64,000 bases of DNA from Candidatus Poribacteria bacterium (GTDB lineage Bacteria > Poribacteria > WGA-4E > WGA-3G): NCBI GenBank assembly GCA_965242965.1, contig OZ251518.1:3232001-3296000 (forward strand), written 5' to 3'. A program made the translations under genes and the position numbers. Below are positions 56,519-64,000 of this stretch, piece after piece (positions within the stretch are counted from its first letter, which is position 1; every line of letters starts with the position of its first letter). Under the pieces are notes generated by a model that searched no databases, was not told where the DNA came from, and saw nothing but the letters and a program-made list of their open reading frames with translations.

Positions 56519-57628
56519 TTAAGGTGTAACTGGCCGCACGCAACGAAAACCGATGGTGAAGTACGCGGTCGCCGGCAGCTGCTCGGAGCGATAGGAGACA
56601 CGCAAGGAATCTGCTGGACTCCACCAACTGCTGCTGCGAAACACGCGCCTGGAGTCGGTCGGGATAGTTGTGAAGTTTTCACGTAGCCATTGGATGGTCA
56701 TCCCACCGGCGATGGGGTTCCGACTGTTATCAGACTCAGCGTAGAAATCCTCATCGTATGCGTCAAGACACCATTCATACACGTTCCCCGCCATATCATA
56801 CAACCCATACCCATTCGCAGGATACTGCCCAACGGGGGTGGTACCGATGGTGGCATTTGCCGAGCGGTTCGCATCAGCGGGGGTGGGCTCGTCGTCGCCC
56901 CAGGGATACTTCTTTCCCGCGAGCCCGCCGCGCGCCGCATATTCCCACTCCGCCTCCGTCGGCAAACGCTTGCCAGCCCACTGCGCATACGCCATCGCCG
57001 CATACCAACTCACATTAACCACCGGATGGTCTGCTTTCTCTGTGGGATAGGTATTGCCAGTCCAGCGAGACCAGTGCTCGAGGTAACGGACATCGTGGAA
57101 CCTGTCCTCAATCCTGTCCTTTTGCCAGTCTGGATTCGCATCGACAAACGCCTTAAATTGCGCGTTGGTGACTTCGTATACGTCCATGTAGAACGCATCC
57201 AAGTGGACGGTATGCACGGGTTTTTCGGCATCGTATGCCTCCTCGTCCTCGCTGCCCATCTGAAATGAGCCAGCAGGAATCAGCACCATGCCTTCGGGTA
57301 TTGGCTCTTCAACGGTATAATTCAAAGTGACGGCTTCTCCTTCCCACTGCAACCCCAATGCCAAAGGACCCGGGGCAAACGGCCCAGCAATAGTCACCGT
57401 CTCGCCCCCTGGTGTTGCAGTGCCACCTGTTACTTGGAGTCCTTCCGGTGTGCCATTAAAGGTCACCGTAATCGTTGCATTGTTCTGAATCGTGCTTCCA
57501 TCTGCGGGGTCCGCCGAGAGAAACTGAATCGCTTCCACCAGTGGTTCTTCTCGGTTGCAGCTGCCCATCGCTATTGCGAAGAGACAGACTGCGAGACTTG
57601 CGAACGTTCCTAAATGTTTCAACACCAT
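56519..57628 (-). CDS. Lipoprotein with Ig-like domain and FGE-sulfatase (SUMF1-like) domain, probably non-catalytic
   Basis: Lipobox MGSC; MVLIPAGSFQMG, EVTNAQF, RLPTEAEWEYAARGG, GLYDMAGNVYEW, IGFRC; catalytic Cys pair absent. Confidence 0.85.
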   Translation of the reverse strand: MVLKHLGTFASLAVCLFAIAMGSCNREEPLVEAIQFLSADPADGSTIQNNATITVTFNGTPEGLQVTGGTATPGGETVTIAGPFAPGPLALGLQWEGEAVTLNYTVEEPIPEGMVLIPAGSFQMGSEDEEAYDAEKPVHTVHLDAFYMDVYEVTNAQFKAFVDANPDWQKDRIEDRFHDVRYLEHWSRWTGNTYPTEKADHPVVNVSWYAAMAYAQWAGKRLPTEAEWEYAARGGLAGKKYPWGDDEPTPADANRSANATIGTTPVGQYPANGYGLYDMAGNVYEWCLDAYDEDFYAESDNSRNPIAGGMTIQWLRENFTTIPTDSRRVFRSSSWWSPADSLRVSYRSEQLPATAYFTIGFRCVRPVTP

Positions 57629-57750
57629 AATTCTCCTTGCCCGCCATCAACAGCGGGCAGTAGAAATAAAACAAGTTTGCAGCGGCATCCGCGCCGCCGC
57701 GTTCATTTGTGAAAAAACCGCGTTAAAAAGCGCGGTTTTTTCAATGAGGG

Positions 57751-58002
57751 CCGGTAGGCGCGCTTTGAAACCGCGCCTCCGAAGGTTGTGTGCGGGCTCG
57801 TGTGCCCGCACATGTCTCGTTGTCTGAATCAGGATTTACAGGATTATAGGATTTCCAAGATTAGGAATTCTCTCGTCGCGGGAGACGCTCTTTCCCGGTA
57901 GGCGCGACCTCCTGGTCGCGATTTCTACCAGGCATGCTTTGGATAAGCGATGTGCTCATAATCCTGTAAATCCTATAATCTTGTAAATCCTGATTCAGAC
58001 GA
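57751..58002. repeat. ~250-bp composite module (island B middle module)
   Basis: Homologous to 26955-27204. Confidence 0.85.
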
Positions 58003-58031
58003 TTTCCACGGCGAATTAGCCGCGTGAGTCA

Positions 58032-59591
58032 TCAACGATTGACATACCGAACCAAACTCGCCAATGTCACTCTTTCTCGGTTTGGTGGATTGGCTTCGTT
58101 ATCGGCCACCTCTATGTTCTCGTCAACGAGACAAGGATCTGCATCCCAGCTCTCGTCCATCAAGAACGATGTCTCGCAGTGGAGCAGCATCGCGCCGAAG
58201 ACTTCCATGAGAATAGCGGAGCCGACAGGACCTAGCCGATTGCCACCGCCCCGGATACCTGCCTCACGCATCAGGTAGAGAAAAAGCGGCGTGCGATTTG
58301 CGAGTTTGTTGCGAGTCTCAGCATCGAGGCATGCTCCCGCCAGAATCTCACCGAGCAGGAGGTTCTGATTGTGATTAATCGGGTATCCTCGATCTGCTAG
58401 TGCTGCAGCAACGCGTTGCCCACTTGGCAATCCCAGGACATATCCTCGGAGGAGGTTACGGAAGGCCAAGGAGAGATCTTGCCTTCTTGCTTCCGGGCCC
58501 ACGACACGTTCGGGAAGTTCCACTAACTCATTCGCCAGCAGATGGTCAATCGCTTTGGAGGGCACGTAAACCTGATTCGGATTCACATCTAAGAGGAACC
58601 GCCAATCCACGGTGAGTTCCGGTGGCACTCGTCCGAAGCCGAGGGTGCGGAACCGTTTATCAAAAATCCCGATCTCTGGGTAGGTCGAGTTCGCAGGATA
58701 GTTTGAGCGCACCAAGGTGTGTCCAAACCGATAAGCGGCGGCGGAGAATTCAACCGGCATGCGGAGGCGGCCGGCAGCGTCAATCAGATGCCCGAGGAAG
58801 AAAGGATAGTCTCTTTCTCCTTCAGGTCTGTTCGCGTTTTCCTGGATCTTCTGCAGCGCGAAGTTGTAAACGTCCACGTCACAGACGCGCTGCAGAAAAT
58901 CATAAAGCACGAGAGCCTGATAGTGGTAGCGCACATCCCGTTGCACGTCCTCAAAGCGAGGTGGAGGCTCATTCGCGTTATCATGCTGAATGAGCAGGTC
59001 GATGATTCGGCGATTATGAAAGCGTAGAAACAACAAGTGCATCTGTGAGAGAAAGATGTTCTCGTCGTTACGCGGGTCGCCGATAAGTGCCGTGCCATCT
59101 GCACTGCGCGGCACATCGTTGGGATTCTCAACGTCGTTAACTTGGCTGCCGACGCGCAGTCGCCACGGTTGTTTTCTGTCGTAGAGATGCGGAGAGACAT
59201 CCGGTCCAAAACCGTACATGCTATCCAGATCAAGCGAGGCGGAGCGGAGATTCGGCAGTTCTTCAACTCGCCCTCGGGGCAACGCTTCACTCGTGAGTTC
59301 GCTTTCTGCATCCAGTGTGATGTCGTGATCCACGAACTGCGCGAAGAACGTGTAGGCGGCCGGAACATCACTGTTACCAGAAGTGTCATTGGCATCACGC
59401 ATAATCCCGCATCGTCCGCCGAGTCCGTTCGCTATCTCCTCAGCGGCAGCTCGATCTTCAATGCCGAATTCTTCCGCCCAGGTTGGTATGGGCGGATTTT
59501 GCAGCGGTAACAACATGCCGAAATTGCCAAGGCGGAGATGGTTGCTAGTCGGGACTCTGGCAATTCCGTGGGCGTTTGTTCTGTTATTCAT
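58032..59591 (-). CDS. Animal-type heme peroxidase (peroxidase-cyclooxygenase superfamily)
   Basis: FAQFVDHDIT, LDLDSMYG, GDPRNDEN, FLRFHN, EFSAAAYRFGH, RGYVLGLPSGQ, LGPVGSAI; RBS AAGGAAGG before ATG 59591. Confidence 0.85.
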   Translation of the reverse strand: MNNRTNAHGIARVPTSNHLRLGNFGMLLPLQNPPIPTWAEEFGIEDRAAAEEIANGLGGRCGIMRDANDTSGNSDVPAAYTFFAQFVDHDITLDAESELTSEALPRGRVEELPNLRSASLDLDSMYGFGPDVSPHLYDRKQPWRLRVGSQVNDVENPNDVPRSADGTALIGDPRNDENIFLSQMHLLFLRFHNRRIIDLLIQHDNANEPPPRFEDVQRDVRYHYQALVLYDFLQRVCDVDVYNFALQKIQENANRPEGERDYPFFLGHLIDAAGRLRMPVEFSAAAYRFGHTLVRSNYPANSTYPEIGIFDKRFRTLGFGRVPPELTVDWRFLLDVNPNQVYVPSKAIDHLLANELVELPERVVGPEARRQDLSLAFRNLLRGYVLGLPSGQRVAAALADRGYPINHNQNLLLGEILAGACLDAETRNKLANRTPLFLYLMREAGIRGGGNRLGPVGSAILMEVFGAMLLHCETSFLMDESWDADPCLVDENIEVADNEANPPNRERVTLASLVRYVNR

Positions 59592-59789
59592 TGTTTTCCT
59601 TCCTTTCGTCATTTGTAGGTTAAGATTCGGTAATCTTAACTCGTTCGGGCTCAGGCGAGCCCGAACTACAAGGGTTAATTTCGTATCACATCCCCGAGGG
59701 CGAGCGGGTAATGCAACCCGAGCGCCCCCCAGAAATGCGATGCTCAATGCATAGGGATTTCGTAAACCCAGTGCAACTTTGCATCAAGC

Positions 59790-60131
59790 CTATATGAGAA
59801 GCGTTTCAACACTGTTCGTTTCAGCGAAAACGCGAACGCCTTTGAGTCCCCCGGGAACCTCCTTCATGACATAGGTAGCCTCAATAGGGGTTACCACGGG
59901 ACGGGAAGTTCCTTCCGGGGGCTCGGCGTAGAAGGAAAATTCCCAGATGCCGTCGGGCGGTGGTTGCACGTAAGTGTAAGGAACGAGTTCCGGATTCGTC
60001 CATCCCGCAGATGCCACTTCGCCTTCTGCGCCAATTAAGAGCATGTCAGCACCGCTATCGGTTTTGGAACGCGACAGCGAAACCGTCTTGACAGCATGGA
60101 CTCGGTTGCCTTGCTCATGTTCGTTATTCAT
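59790..60131 (-). CDS. Small conserved-looking beta-sandwich hypothetical protein
   Basis: AEGEVASAGWTNPELVPYTYVQPPPDGIWEFSF..KGVRVFAETN; RBS AAGGAGG. Confidence 0.65.
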   Translation of the reverse strand: MNNEHEQGNRVHAVKTVSLSRSKTDSGADMLLIGAEGEVASAGWTNPELVPYTYVQPPPDGIWEFSFYAEPPEGTSRPVVTPIEATYVMKEVPGGLKGVRVFAETNSVETLLI

Positions 60132-60339
60132 CGTTCTTCCTCCTTTTGCGCGTGAGTGTTCCGCGGTGCCTCTCTGCGGCGGCAGTCGCGGTATCGGATT
60201 AAAAACATCTTCCAGTATGCGGGCACCGTTTGCTGTGCGGCGGCAGCACGCTAGTATTAAGATGTATGTCGTCATCCCTATCGGTAGGCGCGCTTTGAAA
60301 TCGGGCCTACCGGGTTTATGATACGGGTGTGGGTTCACC

Positions 60340-61104
60340 CTAGTCGACATATTCGTAAGCGTCATCGCCAAGGGCTCGGATATTGTCAACTGATTTGACA
60401 GTGAACTCTTCAGGCCAGGGGTCCAACTGTGCGTCCTGGCATGCAAGATGCGCCCTTTGGCCCGGATGTGCTTCCTGCCATTGTGCCCAGAGTCTGTCCA
60501 CCTGCGCGTGATGGAACCAAAACGCGGGGTCTCGCGGCGAAGACATCGTCGTCATGTCACCACCAATCCACACGTGTCCACGGTTGTGCGGGCCGTTTTC
60601 AAGCCTTCGCGCAAATTGATAATAACTCCTCTGAGATAGGATCGCTTCGATCTGCGCCTCGTCAGTGAACCAGCGCATTTCCCCTGGTTCAGGTTGTTCA
60701 TCGTGGCGGGGCCCGGGGTTCCTCTGCCATCTCGATCTCTCCGGGAACAGCCGGTTCTCCGGATCTGGGAATCCTTCCAAGTGGCCGCCATCAGCGTTCC
60801 AATCCCAATAGGGAATCGCCAGCGAATCATCAATCTCGCGAAGTCTTCTCTCAAAAACGATGAGGTAGGCGCGATGCCACGGCAAGAATCTCCGATAGCC
60901 CAATGGCCCCGACATTGAACCATGCATACGATGATGGGAACGTCGAAACCCATCTGGTTCCTGAATCATCGCCGCATGGATTTGGACTAGATTTCCGTAA
61001 GTGCCATTGGTCATTAACGTTGAGATAGCCCTGTTCAAGGCACCCCAATCTTCATCTGTCAATGCCAGCGTGCTTTGACGCTGAATTGGCATTGGCATTA
61101 GCAT
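60340..61104 (-). CDS. Tyrosinase (type-3 copper protein)
   Basis: CuA His: IH..MHG..FLPWHR; PYWDW; CuB: HNRGH..DPAFWFHH. Confidence 0.9.
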   Translation of the reverse strand: MLMPMPIQRQSTLALTDEDWGALNRAISTLMTNGTYGNLVQIHAAMIQEPDGFRRSHHRMHGSMSGPLGYRRFLPWHRAYLIVFERRLREIDDSLAIPYWDWNADGGHLEGFPDPENRLFPERSRWQRNPGPRHDEQPEPGEMRWFTDEAQIEAILSQRSYYQFARRLENGPHNRGHVWIGGDMTTMSSPRDPAFWFHHAQVDRLWAQWQEAHPGQRAHLACQDAQLDPWPEEFTVKSVDNIRALGDDAYEYVD

Positions 61105-61358
61105 TTTTAAACTCCTTGCGTTGTCCCATTACCGTGCCTGCAGCACCGGTAATGGGGTGCAATTTCCGCGTCACCTTTTCTGAGATGCATGACGCGGAAG
61201 TAGGTTAAAAGCATCGTTGTCACTGTAACAGTGAAACTCGTTACGTCTATTGATAGCCCAAGTGTCCGTACTGCCAAAAAGGTGCAGCACCAGCCATCCG
61301 CGACGCAAAAGCGACGCGCAGCAGCAAAATGGAACAAACAGGGGAAATAACAACAGAT

Positions 61359-61728
61359 AGGAAAACATGCACCGGGGATGGAGCCTCGATGCAACGAAAA
61401 TAACCCGCCACGCAAAGAATGCGTGCAGGGTCGAAGACAACAAGACGACGAAAATCGCCGCTGTCAAGTGAATAAAGTTTGCTTAACGCCTGTGGGTGTC
61501 GGGGGGGGTCGAGCCTCCCCTCTGGGCATCAAGCCGAACGGGAACGCGTCGTGACGGCGCGACAACGGGCATAGATACACGGCGCGCGTGCATCTCTCGG
61601 TGCCCAAGCAGGTCTACGGCGACCTCATTAGCAATGGAAGAATTAATTCGCTGGTTCACGGTATCGTTCCTCTGTTCGGTTTCGGTCTCGCGGTGGCGCG
61701 TTTTTTTTCGCGCGCGTCACCACGTTTG
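61359..61728 (-). ncRNA. Putative ~365-nt structured ncRNA/leader, copy B
   Basis: Paralog of 28378-28744 with pairing-preserving substitutions. Confidence 0.6.
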
Positions 61729-61733
61729 CATTA

Positions 61734-61907
61734 ATGATACACAAAAATGCAATAAATGTCAAACATTTTTTGCGAAAAATCGTGGAAATGTTGACAATTC
61801 ATTTTATTTTACCACGATTTTCGGTTTTTTGTCAACGTTTTTCTGGGAAAATCGTGAAAAATGTTTAAAACTGATTTTATTTTAGCAAATGTCGCATTTT
61901 TTGTCAA
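61734..61907 (-). promoter_or_regulatory. Three tandem sigma70 promoters
   Basis: TTGACA-17-TATCAT (61762-61734), TTGACA-18-TAAAAT (61835-61806), TTGACA-17-TAAAAT (61907-61879). Confidence 0.8.
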
Positions 61908-61941
61908 CGTTATTTCGCGAAAAAAAAACGCTGCTGCTACC

Positions 61942-62445
61942 GTAGCGCGGGGGCCTGTCCCCAGCGATCTCTCCGCCGAAACGAGAAACGTCCGCAGCCC
62001 GGAGGCCATGGACGTTTGCTGTCACGATCGGTGCATGGCGAGGGAAACCCGCTCGGATGCGCGGGTGGCATCCGAGGGCCCTCGCCCTACGGTGAAAGGG
62101 GACGTTCTTAGTCCCGTAGCGCGGGGGCCTGTCCCCCGCGATCTCTCCGCCGAAACGAGAAACGTCCGCAGCCCAGAGGCCATGGACGTTTGCTGTCACG
62201 ATCGATGCATGGCGAGGGAAACCCGCTCGGATGCGCGGATGGCATCCGAGGGCCCAAGCCCTACGGTGAAAGGCACCGTTCTTATTCCCGTAGCGCGGGG
62301 GCCTGTCCCCCGCGAACGTTGGCATGGCGAGGGACAGACATCGGGACAAGGATGTCCCTCCTACCCAGACGCGTCCCGTGATCGGTGCATGGCGAGGGAA
62401 CCCCGCTCGCATGCACGTGTGGCATGCGAGGGCCCAAGCCCTACG
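61942..62445. repeat. Tandem REPIN array
   Basis: Two near-identical ~175-bp units plus a partial third. Confidence 0.85.
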
Positions 62446-62726
62446 GGGACCGGAAAATCCTTTGGAATTCGCGCATCTTCCCGAGAATTACAAAAAAATG
62501 TTCTTTTTGGGAACCTTTTCCTCACCTAGGTGTTTAAGTAAGTAATATCACATTGATTTGATGCGTCTCGCATTTGATTTTGACACATCGTTTTTGTGGT
62601 ATCCTATATCAACTTGCTGGATGCGAATACCACCCGCGCCTCCCGTGCGGCTCTCATCCGTCGAAAAAAAAAGAAGAAATGAAACCTGCATGCCTTGAGG
62701 AAGGCAGGCAAAGAGGAGAAATCAAA

Positions 62727-63056
62727 ATGAAAAACAGACAGATGCTGAGACTACTCAGCCTTACCGTGCTGTGCGCAATGGCGTTCACTGCCACTGCCGC
62801 GTTCGCGACGAATGAACAATGCCCTGACGATGCCGTGGTAGCTGCTGTCAGCGCATTCATAGTTGCTGCTGCCGCCGTTGAGGAGGCCCAGGACAACTAC
62901 GATCAAGCACTCGCCTCAACTTCTTTGATGAGGCTGCATTTTGTCATCGGTGCCGCAATCAATTTAGCTTCGGCTAAGGCGATAGCAAGTCAACGCCGCG
63001 CGGAAGCCAAAACCGCCATCCGTGCTCGCTTGGCGTGCTTAAGATCGATCGGCTAA
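62727..63056 (+). CDS. Small secreted Ala-rich helical protein
   Basis: RBS GAGGAG; signal peptide ending AFA; two Cys in mature part. Confidence 0.6.
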   Translation: MKNRQMLRLLSLTVLCAMAFTATAAFATNEQCPDDAVVAAVSAFIVAAAAVEEAQDNYDQALASTSLMRLHFVIGAAINLASAKAIASQRRAEAKTAIRARLACLRSIG

Positions 63057-63148
63057 CACCCGGTGGCATTCGTCGCTGCGAACTCCCGTGGGCGTTGTAA
63101 GTTTTATCCGTAAAACGTCCTACGGTTCGCAGTGCTCTTAAAGTTACC

Positions 63149-63382
63149 GTAGCGCGGGGGCCTGTCCCCCGCGAGCTCTCCGCGCACTCCAACGATCGCG
63201 GGGGACAGGCCCCCGCGCTACGATAAGAATGACGTTTTCCTTTCATCGTAGTGCGAGGGCCCTCGGATGCCACACGCGCATCCGAGCGGGTTTCCCTCGC
63301 CATCGTCGGCGCGTTCCAACGTTCGCAGGGGACAGGCCCCCGCGCTACGGGGAAATCGAGACCGGGAGGTCTCTCCTACCGG
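63149..63382. repeat. REP/REPIN cluster
   Basis: Inverted GTAG-REP pairs and an extended REP. Confidence 0.8.
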
Positions 63383-63552
63383 GGAAACGGAATCGTTTGG
63401 AAAACTCAATGCCTCTACGATTGGTGAGATTTGGTATTCTTGTTGGATAATTTTGGAAATTCTGCTCCAAATTTCCAATTTCTTTCTGTTTATGCTATAA
63501 TCTATTGAAATTGCCAAATTTGATGCATGATTCTGAAAAGGAGAACGCTAAC

Positions 63553-64000
63553 TTGATCAACCTATATGGGGCAACGTATGATAGAATGCAACTGCTGCGT
63601 CATGTCGGGGATATCTCGCAGATTGCGCACGCCAAAGTGAGCCAATTGGCATCCGGCTCCGAAAAAGGCGTAGATGCCATCGATTTCCGCACCGGTTCCG
63701 GCTTGAGTTTCACCGTCCTGCCGAGCCGCGGGTTGGATATCGCTTACGCCGAGTATCAGGGTATCCCGCTCTGCTGGCGTTCCAGCACGGGCGATGTGCA
63801 CCCGGCGCATTACGAACCGCACGGCCTCGGCTGGTTGCGAAGTTTCTCAGGAGGCTTGTTGACTACCTGCGGCATGCGGCAAGTCGGTGTCCCCTCGCAC
63901 GATGACGATGAAGAACTCGGGCTGCATGGGCGCGTCTCGCACATTCCCGCGAAAAACGTCTGGGTTGACAGCCGCTGGGAAGGACATCGCTATTTGCTCT
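63553..64000 (+). CDS. Aldose 1-epimerase-like DUF4432 protein, 3'-truncated by window edge
   Basis: RBS AAAGGAG, TTG start; VGDISQI, FTVLPSRGLDI, GWLRSFSGGLLTTCG, GLHGR. Confidence 0.85.
   Translation, partial: MINLYGATYDRMQLLRHVGDISQIAHAKVSQLASGSEKGVDAIDFRTGSGLSFTVLPSRGLDIAYAEYQGIPLCWRSSTGDVHPAHYEPHGLGWLRSFSGGLLTTCGMRQVGVPSHDDDEELGLHGRVSHIPAKNVWVDSRWEGHRYLL

Noticed and set aside
56519-56660. DGR variable region in the FGE-sulfatase C-terminus
   Set aside because: No template repeat or reverse transcriptase in the window; variable codons are not consistently of the AAY-derived NNY type

Overview
GC-rich (roughly 55-60% by eye) bacterial chromosomal window with about 48 plausible CDSs, no rRNA/tRNA/CRISPR, and an exceptionally dense set of intergenic palindromic repeats. 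The gene repertoire (LRR-dockerin-FlgD/T9SS-like C-terminal protein, FGE-sulfatase lipoprotein, PorU/PorV-like pair, sugar-utilisation enzymes) suggests the sponge symbiont Candidatus Poribacteria; this is inference, not a database result. Main signals: (1) two diverged copies (about 28.4-29.0 kb and 61.4-61.9 kb) of a ~365-nt structured non-coding RNA on the minus strand, each driven by three tandem near-consensus sigma70 promoters and showing compensatory base changes; (2) these copies head two islands that share the same non-coding scaffold in the same order but carry unrelated cargo genes; (3) a MITE family with 14-bp TIRs (GAGGGTGTTTCATA) and variable 8-12 bp TTAA-containing target duplications that carries mosaic REP arrays; (4) two toxin/partner pairs encoded as single fused ORFs with internal ribosome-binding sites; (5) a Cys-rich RGPP-ending upstream ORF heading a putative metal operon; (6) palindromic repeats inserted in-frame in proteins; (7) a TusA/DsrE/OsmC + MetE-II-like sulfur cluster separated by defence-type genes.
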